A stretch of DNA of 64,000 nt from NCBI GenBank assembly GCA_965217585.1, contig OZ244561.1:1664001-1728000 (forward strand). The letters run 5' to 3'. The stretch comes from Candidatus Latescibacterota bacterium (GTDB taxonomy: Bacteria > Latescibacterota > UBA2968 > UBA8231). Position numbers and translations under genes: made by a program. Shown piece after piece: positions 25,293 to 34,096 of this stretch (its first letter is position 1; each line of letters starts with the position of its first letter). Below the pieces are notes generated by a model. That model was not told the DNA's origin and searched no databases. It saw only the letters and a list, made by a program, of their open reading frames with translations.

Positions 25293-25799
25293 CTATTTTC
25301 CTTCGAGGACGCGGATGCGGTCCCTGAGCTGAGCCGCCTCTTCAAAGGCCTCTTCCGCTACCGCTTGGGCCAGCTCGTCGCGCAATCGCTCCAGCTCGTC
25401 GGCTGCCTGGGCACTTTGTGCCGCCTCCATCGGCCCCTTGCCCTGGTGCCTGTTGTCGCCGTGGATGCGCTTGAGCAGGCGCTCTAGCTGTGAGGCGAAG
25501 GCATCGTAACAATGCGGGCAGCCGAGGCGGCCAATCTTCTTGAACTCCTCGTAGCTCATCTCGCAAGTCGGACAGCGCGCTCCCCCGTCGCCTTCGGCTC
25601 CGGCCAACTTGGCCAACTCTATCTTGATTTCCTTCACCAGCACGGGCGCGTCTTTGGCCTGCGCAGCCGGGGCTATCCGCACCTTGATGTTTTTTTCGCT
25701 AGCGCACTCATGGCAAAGCAAGAGCGTCTGTTTTACGTCGTCAACGATATGGGTATAGGCCACTACGGCCTCGCGCTTGGCGCACACTCCGCATTTCAT
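25293..25799 (-). CDS. mcsA: McsA (UvrB/UvrC-motif Zn protein)
   Basis: Four CxxC pairs, GRLGCPHCY, C-terminal UVR (EEAAQLRDRI); start moved to ATG 25799. Confidence 0.9.
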   Translation of the reverse strand: MKCGVCAKREAVVAYTHIVDDVKQTLLLCHECASEKNIKVRIAPAAQAKDAPVLVKEIKIELAKLAGAEGDGGARCPTCEMSYEEFKKIGRLGCPHCYDAFASQLERLLKRIHGDNRHQGKGPMEAAQSAQAADELERLRDELAQAVAEEAFEEAAQLRDRIRVLEGK

Positions 25800-26488
25800 G
25801 CCGCACCGTCTTCCATCTGCAACACACCCGCTTCTATGCGTCCCTGGCGATCCATGCTCTGGGCCAGTTGGCGGTCGTGGGTCATCACCACAAAAGCCTG
25901 CCCGCGCTCCCGGGCCAATCCGGCGAGTAGTTGGTGCAAAGACTCGCTGGCCGCCTCGTCGAGATTGCCCGACGGCTCGTCGGCCAGCACGATCAACGGC
26001 TGGGTGATCAGCGCTCGCACCATGGCCACCCGCTGACACTCGCCGCCCGACAGCGTCCCAGGCCGGTGGTGCAAGCGGTCGGCTAGCCCGACGGAATCCA
26101 TCAGCTCAAGGGCCTCCTTACGGCGATCGACGCCAGCAACCCGCGCCGGCAACAAGACGTTTTCCAGCGCGGTAAATTCCGGCAGCAGGTAGTGAAATTG
26201 GAATACGAAGCCAATGTGCCGATTGCGAAAGCGCGATAGCGCCTGATCTTCGAGGTTGAGCACGTCGATGCCGGCGATCCGCAATTGGCCGGCCGTCGGC
26301 AGGTCGAGCGTACCCAACAGGTGCAGCAAGGTGCTCTTGCCAACTCCAGACTCGCCCATAACTGCGACCAACTCGCCCGCCCGCACTGCTAAGTCCACGC
26401 CTTTGAGCACTTCCAAGCCCTCGCCGCCGGTGCTGAATACCTTGCGCAAACCGCGCGCTTCGAGGATGATGTCGGCTTGTTTCACCAT
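25796..26488 (-). CDS. lolD: Lipoprotein-releasing ABC ATPase
   Basis: GESGVGKS, GFVFQFHYLLPEFTALENV, LSGGECQR, DEPSGNLD. Confidence 0.9.
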   Translation of the reverse strand: MVKQADIILEARGLRKVFSTGGEGLEVLKGVDLAVRAGELVAVMGESGVGKSTLLHLLGTLDLPTAGQLRIAGIDVLNLEDQALSRFRNRHIGFVFQFHYLLPEFTALENVLLPARVAGVDRRKEALELMDSVGLADRLHHRPGTLSGGECQRVAMVRALITQPLIVLADEPSGNLDEAASESLHQLLAGLARERGQAFVVMTHDRQLAQSMDRQGRIEAGVLQMEDGAA

Positions 26489-26489
26489 G

Positions 26490-27755
26490 CTACATTATAT
26501 ACCTAATAGCTTCTACGGGCATCAACCCAGCGGCCTTGTGCGCCGGATAAATCGACGTCGCCAAGCAGATGACCATGCTAATCGCCGCCACTAGCGCAAA
26601 GTCCACGACATCCATATCCACGGGCAACGAACTGATGAAATACATGTCCCCGGGAATGGAAATCAGGGCGAAGCGCTGTTGGGCAAAGCAGAGCGCAAAG
26701 CCGATCAAGCAACCCAAGAAGGTGCCGATGCCACCAATGACCAAGCCCTGATAGATAAAAATGCGATAAATCTCGCCCACGGTGCAACCTATTGTCCGCA
26801 AGATGCCGATCTCGGGCGTCTTGATCAGCACCGACATGACCAAGATCGACATGATGTTAAAGGCAGCGACCAGCACGATGAGGCTCAACGCGAGGAAGAT
26901 CGCCCATTTTTCCAACTCGATCCAGCGAAAAAACTCGGGGAAAAGCTGGGTCCAATCGCGCACTTGGTAGGGATAGCCCAACTCCTTGGCTAGGCGGTCG
27001 CGGATCTCAGGCGCTTGGTAGATGTCTTCGACGCGGACGTGGACATCGGTAATCGCATCGCCCAATTCGAGCATGCGCTGGGCGTCTGCTATATGAATAA
27101 AAGCATAGTTATCATCATACTGGTACATGCCGCTTTCAAAATGATCGGTCACAAAAAAAGACCACGGGCGGGGTGAGAAGCCGTCCATCACGGCTGCTTC
27201 CACATCGAGATTTTGCACCGTCATCAGCAACACCTCAGAACCCGGCCCCACATGCAAGCGTCGCGCCAAGTACTCGCCGAGGACAATCCCCCGCTTATTT
27301 AGCTCTGCGAGCAAGCCGAGGCGCAGCTGCCTTTCTGGATCGGCATAGCGCAGGTGTTCGGTCAGGTCGGAAACCATCGGAAAGGTCGCCGGATCAATGC
27401 CCCACACGGGAATGCCATCGACCCGACCCAAGTCGAGCTGCGAAGCAACAATGACCTTGGAATCCACCACCGGTGCCGCGCCCACGACCCCGGCAGCGCC
27501 TTTCACCTGCTGCAGCAGCGCGTCCCAGTCCGCGATGGGGCCGCCGTCGAAGCGGCGAATGTTGACATGGGCGTTCATGCCGATCAGCCGATTTTTGACT
27601 TCGCCGGCAAAGCCATTTGTCACCGAGAGGATGATCACCAAAGCCGCTACCCCCAAGACCACTCCGCCAACGGCCATATAGGCAATGACTGAGAAGAAGC
27701 CCTCGCGCTGTTTGGAGCGCAGGTAGCGACAGGCGACAAACAAGGCGATGCTCAC
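26490..27755 (-). CDS. lolE: Lipoprotein-releasing ABC permease LolC/E
   Basis: RYLRSK, GVAALVIILSVTNGF, LVAAFNI, EIGILRTIG, YPAHKAA; GTG start at 27755. Confidence 0.88.
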   Translation of the reverse strand: MSIALFVACRYLRSKQREGFFSVIAYMAVGGVVLGVAALVIILSVTNGFAGEVKNRLIGMNAHVNIRRFDGGPIADWDALLQQVKGAAGVVGAAPVVDSKVIVASQLDLGRVDGIPVWGIDPATFPMVSDLTEHLRYADPERQLRLGLLAELNKRGIVLGEYLARRLHVGPGSEVLLMTVQNLDVEAAVMDGFSPRPWSFFVTDHFESGMYQYDDNYAFIHIADAQRMLELGDAITDVHVRVEDIYQAPEIRDRLAKELGYPYQVRDWTQLFPEFFRWIELEKWAIFLALSLIVLVAAFNIMSILVMSVLIKTPEIGILRTIGCTVGEIYRIFIYQGLVIGGIGTFLGCLIGFALCFAQQRFALISIPGDMYFISSLPVDMDVVDFALVAAISMVICLATSIYPAHKAAGLMPVEAIRYIM

Positions 27756-28847
27756 GCTTGTCCCTCGGTCAAATAGGCCCGGATGAATCGGTCGATGTCT
27801 CCGTCCATTACCGCTTGGACATTGGCCGTTTCGCAAGCGGTGCGGTGGTCCTTGACTATGGTGTATGGATGGAGCACATAGGAGCGGATCTGCGAGCCGA
27901 AGTCAATGCTCTTCTTGGTGCTCTCCACCGCAAGCTGCTTCTGCTTCTGTTCGTCCTTGAGGTGCTGGTATAAACGCGCCTTCAGCACCTTAAACGCAGT
28001 GGCCTTGTTCTTGAACTGCGAGCGCTCGTTTTGGCACTGGACGACAATGCCGGTGGGCAGATGTGTGACCCGCACGGCCGAGGCGGTCTTGTTCACGTGT
28101 TGGCCGCCCGCGCCCCCGGAGCGGTAGGTTTCGACCTTAACGTCCTCGTCGTTGAGGTCCACCTCGATATCGTCTTCGACTTCTGGATAGACAAAGACCG
28201 AGGCAAACGAAGTGTGCCGGCGGCGGCTCGTATCAAAAGGCGAGAGCCGCACCAAGCGATGGACGCCGGCCTCGGCCTTGAGGTAGCCATACGCATAATC
28301 TCCCCTAACCTCAATGGTTGCGCCCTTGATGCCAGCTTCCTCGGCCTGCTGCAGATCCACGACCGCGCATTCCATGCCGCGGCGCTCGGTCCAGCGCGTG
28401 TACAGGCGCATCAGCATCGACGCCCATTCGGCTGCGTCCGTGCCCCCTGCCCCCGAGTGGATGACCAAAATTGCGTTCTTGGGGTCGTCCTCTTCGCTGA
28501 GCATCGTGCGAAACTCCAATTCGCCAATGCCCCGCATCGCGTGCTCGACCTCGGCTGCGACCTCGGTCAGCGCCTCTGCATCCCCCTCTTCGGCCGCCAT
28601 CTGCCGCAGTTGGTCCAAATCCTCCAACTGCGCGTCCAAGGTCTCCCAATCAACGATGGTGTCCTTGAGGATGCGCGTCGCCTTGCCGACGGATTCGGCC
28701 TGCCGCCGGTCGCTCCAGAAGTCCACAGCCGCCATGCGTTTTTCTAGTGCGGCCAGCTCTTCCTTCTTGCCGCTTATGTCAAAGATACCCTCTCAGCCGC
28801 TCTAGCTGCTGCCGCCCGCTTACCAACTGTTCCTCAATCGTGGCCAT
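27752..28847 (-). CDS. prfB: Peptide chain release factor 2, translated through a programmed +1 frameshift
   Basis: Short frame MATIEEQLVSGRQQLERLRGYL ends at GAGGGTAT-CTT-TGA-C; the +1 frame carries SPF and GGQ motifs. Confidence 0.95.
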
Positions 28848-29361
28848 TGTCGTCTTCCTCGGTTTCGTTGTAGCGATCAAAAAGGAGGCTTTCGTGCTTG
28901 CGCTCAGAGGGTATTTCAAAGAGTAGCTGCCCCTCGTACACCGCGCCCTTGGTCCCCTCGAGCTCGTCGCTGTGCTCAATAAAAAACGGCGATCGCGACA
29001 GCGGGTAATACCGCCGCCCGCGGTCGTCAACGAGCTGAAAACACCGCGGCACAATCGCCCAGGCGAGCTGCAAATTCACCTGCAAACGCACGTCGATGAG
29101 CACGAACTTGTGGCCCACGTCGGGCGGGCCGTGGAAAAAGTGCATGTAGCGCACCCCATCCGGAGGCACCGTCAGGGCAACTTGGTTGTTGATGTTGGCG
29201 AACAGGTTGGTCAAGTTTTCCAGCTTGTCCGCCGATTTGCCCGTCAGGCTCACCCCAATGTAGATCGGCACGAAGAGAGTCACGCCGCCCAAGGCGAAGC
29301 GGTTGAGCAGCCGCAGGCGTTTGTTGAACTGCTTCTTGCGCTCGCTTGCGGGGATCACCAT
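28834..29361 (-). CDS. Hypothetical single-TM protein with an Ig-like (DUF4352-like) domain
   Basis: One hydrophobic segment, then FQLVDD.GRRY and G.LLFEIP; overlaps the prfB start. Confidence 0.65.
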   Translation of the reverse strand: MVIPASERKKQFNKRLRLLNRFALGGVTLFVPIYIGVSLTGKSADKLENLTNLFANINNQVALTVPPDGVRYMHFFHGPPDVGHKFVLIDVRLQVNLQLAWAIVPRCFQLVDDRGRRYYPLSRSPFFIEHSDELEGTKGAVYEGQLLFEIPSERKHESLLFDRYNETEEDDNGHD

Positions 29362-29379
29362 AGCGTCTCCTCAGAGAAC

Positions 29380-31044
29380 CTAGCGCACAAGGGCAATTTT
29401 GCCCAAGTGGCTGCGGTTAGGCGACCGCAGTTGATAGAAGTAGATCCCGTTGGCCACGGCCCGACCCGGCGTCCAGCGCGGGGCGCGGCCCGGCCGATCG
29501 TGGCTCCCCGGCCACAGGTCCCAACGCTCGGCAAACACCAACCGGCCCGCTACGTCAAAAACCCTCAACTCGACGCGGCCGCGCTCGGCTAGCTGCACCG
29601 GAAAATGCACCTCCCCGTCCCGCGCTGGATTGGGAAAGGGTGCCAACAGACGGTCCTCCCTCGGCAGCACCTCGGAGAGACCACTGGCCGCCAGCGCGTT
29701 TATCTGCCCCCAGCCATACACCGTGTCGGGACCGGCCTCGCCCAAGTCCAGCGCGGTCGAGCGCAAAGCCTCTAGCACTTGGGCCGACTCCCATTTGGGA
29801 TGGATTTGCAACAACAGGGCGCACACCCCGCTCACCAAGGGCGCTGCAAAGGATGTGCCGCCCTTGCGCACATAGCCGCCGCGCCGCAGATCCGCGACCA
29901 CCACGCCGCTGCCGGGCGCGACCACATCCGGCTTGATGCGACCATCGGCCGTTGGCCCCCGCGAGCTAAAGGAGGCAATCTGCGGCACGCGCTCATCGCT
30001 GCCGGGCATATCTACCGCCCCCGCCGCAATCGCGCCATCGGCGTCTGCCGGGACCGTTATGTAGTGCCAATCCCCGTTGGCCTCATTGCCCGCGGCCACC
30101 ACCACCACGATGCCGCGCCGCACCGCCAGCGCCGCCGCCACGCTCGTCAGCGCGGTTTCCCCGTCCAGATCCGCCGGCGAGTATCCGGTGCCGTCGTCCC
30201 ACCTATTGTAGCCCAGCGAGCTGTTGACCACCTGCGCCCCCAAGCTGTCGGCCCATTCCAAACCGGCAACCCAGCGATCCTCCTCCGAGGGCAACTCGGG
30301 CAGGGTGTCGTCTAGTTCGGTCTTGGCCAAGATGTACTCGGCGTCGGGCGCCACGCCGATAAAGTGATCGGGGTGGTAGCCTGCCAGCAGGGAAAGTACT
30401 TGGGCACCGTGCAAGTTTTGGCTGCCGCTCATTTCGTCGCCCGTGATGGGTTGATCGGCCTCGTCGCCGACGACCTCATCACCATTGACAAAGTCGCGCT
30501 GGGCCACCACGCGGATTGCGCCAAAGGCCGCGTGCTCGGCGTAGTGAAAGCCGTTGTCGAGCAAGGCCACGCGCACCCCGGCACCTGTAAAACCCCGGTC
30601 GTGTAGGGGGGGAACGGCGATTTGGGCCAACTGCTCAAAGGCGAGGCCATAATGGCTTTGCAGCAACTTGGGGCTGGCAAGCGGCACCGGCGACCGCGGG
30701 CTGGGCCGCTGCAAGCGCTGCACGGGCCGAATTGCGACGACAAAGTCCGCGGCCTGCACTCGGCGCTGCACCTCGGGCGAGACCCGAGCACTGATCGCGT
30801 TGAGCCAACGCGAGGAAAAGCGCACCTCCGCCCCCATCTCCCGCAGGCGCTCGATATAGTGCTGGCTGACGGGCAGGTCCAATTCCGCGTCTGCATGACC
30901 GGCCCCCAAATCCACCCAAGCGATGCGCTGTCCGTCGGCATCTGTTTTGTCGCGCAACAGAATCCAGATATTCTGATCCGCCGCGACCGCCCAAGCCCCG
31001 GCGTGCATCAACAGGGCCGCACACCACCACACTCTCTTATTCAA
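29380..31044 (-). CDS. Secreted S8 subtilisin-like serine peptidase with FlgD/T9SS-type C-terminal domain
   Basis: VALLDNG, HGAQVL, VAAGNE, GTSFAAPLVSG catalytic motifs; C-terminal PFPNP...VFDVAGRLV...ANGIYFY; start approximate. Confidence 0.9.
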   Translation of the reverse strand: MNKRVWWCAALLMHAGAWAVAADQNIWILLRDKTDADGQRIAWVDLGAGHADAELDLPVSQHYIERLREMGAEVRFSSRWLNAISARVSPEVQRRVQAADFVVAIRPVQRLQRPSPRSPVPLASPKLLQSHYGLAFEQLAQIAVPPLHDRGFTGAGVRVALLDNGFHYAEHAAFGAIRVVAQRDFVNGDEVVGDEADQPITGDEMSGSQNLHGAQVLSLLAGYHPDHFIGVAPDAEYILAKTELDDTLPELPSEEDRWVAGLEWADSLGAQVVNSSLGYNRWDDGTGYSPADLDGETALTSVAAALAVRRGIVVVVAAGNEANGDWHYITVPADADGAIAAGAVDMPGSDERVPQIASFSSRGPTADGRIKPDVVAPGSGVVVADLRRGGYVRKGGTSFAAPLVSGVCALLLQIHPKWESAQVLEALRSTALDLGEAGPDTVYGWGQINALAASGLSEVLPREDRLLAPFPNPARDGEVHFPVQLAERGRVELRVFDVAGRLVFAERWDLWPGSHDRPGRAPRWTPGRAVANGIYFYQLRSPNRSHLGKIALVR

Positions 31045-31681
31045 CGGGGGGTTCCCTCGTATCCAGCACCTCCACCCCTTCGGGGACCTCAAAAGCAAAA
31101 ACCTCGTCGGCTATCCTCTTGTTGGTGCGGTGATCCCTGAGCACGTACGCGGTGCGATTGCCATTGGCCTCGCGCTGCTCTACTTGCAGCAGAAACCACC
31201 TCCTGGAATCCACCCAGATCCGCATCTGTTCGACCACAGAGGATTCGTTTTCCGGTGCCATGACCAGCAAATAGCAAGGCCGCCCCCCCAACGCACTCTC
31301 CTCCACCGCAATGGGCACGTAGCGCTCGGTATAGTCGAAAAACACTTCCCAAGGGGTCTTTATTTTCGCCTCGTATGGGCTGACCACCACTTGGCCGTTG
31401 TGCACGACATACGACCAAACGGCCTCGCCATCGGCCACCACCACATCGCCACCTTCCAGTTCAATGCGAAAGCGGTTCGGACGGCGCAAATAGATCCGGC
31501 CCTCGCGGCTGCGGTACTTGTCCAGCACCGCCCAGTAAAATTGCTTTTCAAAGCGGGCTGAAAACGTCTTGTAGCTAGAGAGACGCTTCTGTACCCTAGC
31601 GATGATTTCTTCACCGCTCTGCCCGAGGGCTGCGCTCGCTGCCAAGCCCAAACAAAAAACAGGCCACAACCACAGTCTCAT
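31037..31681 (-). CDS. lolA: Outer membrane lipoprotein carrier LolA
   Basis: Signal peptide, GRIYLRRPNRFR, VVADGEAVWSY, F.FEVPEGVEV; follows ftsK. Confidence 0.85.
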   Translation of the reverse strand: MRLWLWPVFCLGLAASAALGQSGEEIIARVQKRLSSYKTFSARFEKQFYWAVLDKYRSREGRIYLRRPNRFRIELEGGDVVVADGEAVWSYVVHNGQVVVSPYEAKIKTPWEVFFDYTERYVPIAVEESALGGRPCYLLVMAPENESSVVEQMRIWVDSRRWFLLQVEQREANGNRTAYVLRDHRTNKRIADEVFAFEVPEGVEVLDTREPPVE

Positions 31682-33966
31682 TCTTCCGCGTACTCCTCTT
31701 CCGCGCTTTCGACGAGAATCTGGCGCGGCTTAGCCCCTTCGATTGGCCCGACGATAGCGGCGGCCTCCAGCTCGTCCATCAGGCGCGCGGCGCGGGAATA
31801 ACCAACTTTCAAGCGCCGCTGCAAAAACGACGTGGAGGCCTGCTGGTGTTCGCAGACTAAGCGCACGGCCTCGTCAAAGAGGTCGTCGCGCATATTGGAA
31901 CCCGCGTTAATATCCACCTGCTCGGAAAACACCGCAACTTCCTCGGCCTCGTACTGGCTCTCCTTCAATGCCTCAACCAAGCGCTCGGTTTCCTCGCCAG
32001 AAATAAAGGCCCCGTGGACGCGAATTGGCTCGCCTTGGCCACTGGGCAGAAAGAGCATATCGCCCATCCCCAAGAGTCGCTCGGCCCCGTTGAAATCGAG
32101 GATCGTACGCGAGTCCGTCTTCGACGCCACTTGGAAGGCAATGCGCGAAGGGAAGTTGGCCTTGATTACCCCGGTAATCACGTTCACCGAAGGCCGCTGG
32201 GTCGCCAAGATGATGTGAATGCCCACTGCGCGCGACTTCTGCGCCAAACCCATCAGCGAGGTCTCCACATCGGCGGGGGCCGTCAGCATCAAGTCGGCGA
32301 ATTCGTCGATTACCACCACGATGTTCGCCAGCGGCTTCTCAGGCTCAACGCCGTCTTCCTCGGCCTCGGCTTGGACGCGCACCAGCTTGGCGTTGTAGTC
32401 GGCCAGATTGCGCACCCCTAACTTGGCCAGCTTCTGATAGCGCGCTTCCATTTCGGCCACGGCCCACTTCAATGCCTCCGCGGCTTTCTTCGGCTCGGTG
32501 ATAACCGGTACCAGCAAGTGCGGTATATCGTTGTACATCATTAATTCGACTACCTTGGGATCGACCATGATAAATCGCACTTCGTCTGGCGTGGCCTTGA
32601 AGAGGATGCTGCAAATCAGGCTGTTCAGGCACACGCTCTTGCCGGCCCCGGTGGCACCGGCGACCAATAGATGGGGCATTTTGGCCAAATCCGCGGCACA
32701 CGGCTCGCCCGAAATAGTCTTGCCCAGCGCCATGACCAGCTTGGAATCCGACCGGCTGAACACCTCGTCTTCAATGATCTCGCGCAAGTACACGGTCTCC
32801 CGCTCCTGATTGGCAATCTCCACCCCCACCACGGATTTGCCCGGCACCGGCGCCTGAATGCGAATGCCCTTGGCGCTCATCACGCGCGCGAGATCGTCCG
32901 AGAGCGCGGCGATGCGGTTGACCTTGACCCCCAGGGCTGGCTCCACCTCGTAGCGCGTCACTACCGGCCCGGGACTCACCTCTACGACCTTGCTGGCCAC
33001 GTCGAAATTGTCCAGAGCACCCTCCAGCAGCTTGGCGTTTTCCAGCAAGGTCTCCCTAGAAACGCCGCTGCGGTTGGCCGGCACTTCGTCTAGCAACGCG
33101 GTGTTCGGGATCTCGTAGCGACCCCCGGCAGGCTTGCGGGCTGGCTCTGCCTGCTCTTTTTTGCGCGCCGGCGCTGGCGCGGCCGCGTCTTCAACCGCCG
33201 GTTCCTTCTTCTTTTTGCGCTCTCGCCGCTCAACGCGTGCCGGCGCTGGCTCCTGCACTCGAGGTTCCACAGGGACCGCGTCTTCAACCATTGGCTTCCA
33301 AGGTGCCCCAGCCGCATCTTCAACCCGAGGCTCCGCGCCGATCTCGGACCACGCGGCTCCCACATCCCTCTCCCGCTTGGCAGATTTGCTCTTGGGCACA
33401 GCAAGGCGGGGCGGCCGCAAACGCCCGAGCCACCGCCAAACCGCCGCCAAACCGGATACCAGCCGCGCCAACAGCCGCCAGTTTAGGTCGGGGGTCAAAA
33501 TAACCGCAACCACAAAGAGCGCACCCAGCAAAACCGCCGACCCCATCCTCCCTAGGTACGGTATGAGGAGATCCAAACTGATCTGGGTCCCCAGCACGCC
33601 GCCCAGCGCGTAGGCTGTGTGTGGCGAATAGTCGGGCAGGCCCGTAGCGACGCTGATGAGGATGGCCATGAACAAAAGCGCCACACTGCGGTACACAGCA
33701 AGGGCCAACGGCTGGCAACGCACCCTATTCCAACCCCAGAGCAACAAGAGCATGGGCCAGACGTACGCGGTCAGCCCCATGCTCGCAAAGGCCCCATACG
33801 ACGCGTACGCGCCGATCCACCCCCCCCAATTCAAACTTTCAGCCATCGACCGGCTCGAATTGGGGGGGTCGAGCGGCGAATGGGACATCAAGCAGACGAG
33901 CAAAAACGCGCCGAGACCGAGGGAGAGCACCCCTAGCGCTTGGGGTCTCTTCTTGCCTTTTGGCAT
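31678..33966 (-). CDS. ftsK: DNA translocase FtsK
   Basis: N-terminal TM region, PHLLVAGATGAGKS, DEFADLM, ATQRPS, gamma domain QRRLKVGYSRAARL; start approximate. Confidence 0.95.
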   Translation of the reverse strand: MPKGKKRPQALGVLSLGLGAFLLVCLMSHSPLDPPNSSRSMAESLNWGGWIGAYASYGAFASMGLTAYVWPMLLLLWGWNRVRCQPLALAVYRSVALLFMAILISVATGLPDYSPHTAYALGGVLGTQISLDLLIPYLGRMGSAVLLGALFVVAVILTPDLNWRLLARLVSGLAAVWRWLGRLRPPRLAVPKSKSAKRERDVGAAWSEIGAEPRVEDAAGAPWKPMVEDAVPVEPRVQEPAPARVERRERKKKKEPAVEDAAAPAPARKKEQAEPARKPAGGRYEIPNTALLDEVPANRSGVSRETLLENAKLLEGALDNFDVASKVVEVSPGPVVTRYEVEPALGVKVNRIAALSDDLARVMSAKGIRIQAPVPGKSVVGVEIANQERETVYLREIIEDEVFSRSDSKLVMALGKTISGEPCAADLAKMPHLLVAGATGAGKSVCLNSLICSILFKATPDEVRFIMVDPKVVELMMYNDIPHLLVPVITEPKKAAEALKWAVAEMEARYQKLAKLGVRNLADYNAKLVRVQAEAEEDGVEPEKPLANIVVVIDEFADLMLTAPADVETSLMGLAQKSRAVGIHIILATQRPSVNVITGVIKANFPSRIAFQVASKTDSRTILDFNGAERLLGMGDMLFLPSGQGEPIRVHGAFISGEETERLVEALKESQYEAEEVAVFSEQVDINAGSNMRDDLFDEAVRLVCEHQQASTSFLQRRLKVGYSRAARLMDELEAAAIVGPIEGAKPRQILVESAEEEYAEE

Positions 33967-34096
33967 ATAGTGCAAAAACTCGGACATAGAGCCACAGACT
34001 CCGCTAGTACATAGGTTGGAAAGCAATCAGATTCGAGAGGGAGAGGGGGTTACCAAAAAATAAACAAAAACGCGACTTTTTGCATCTTGCGGCGCG

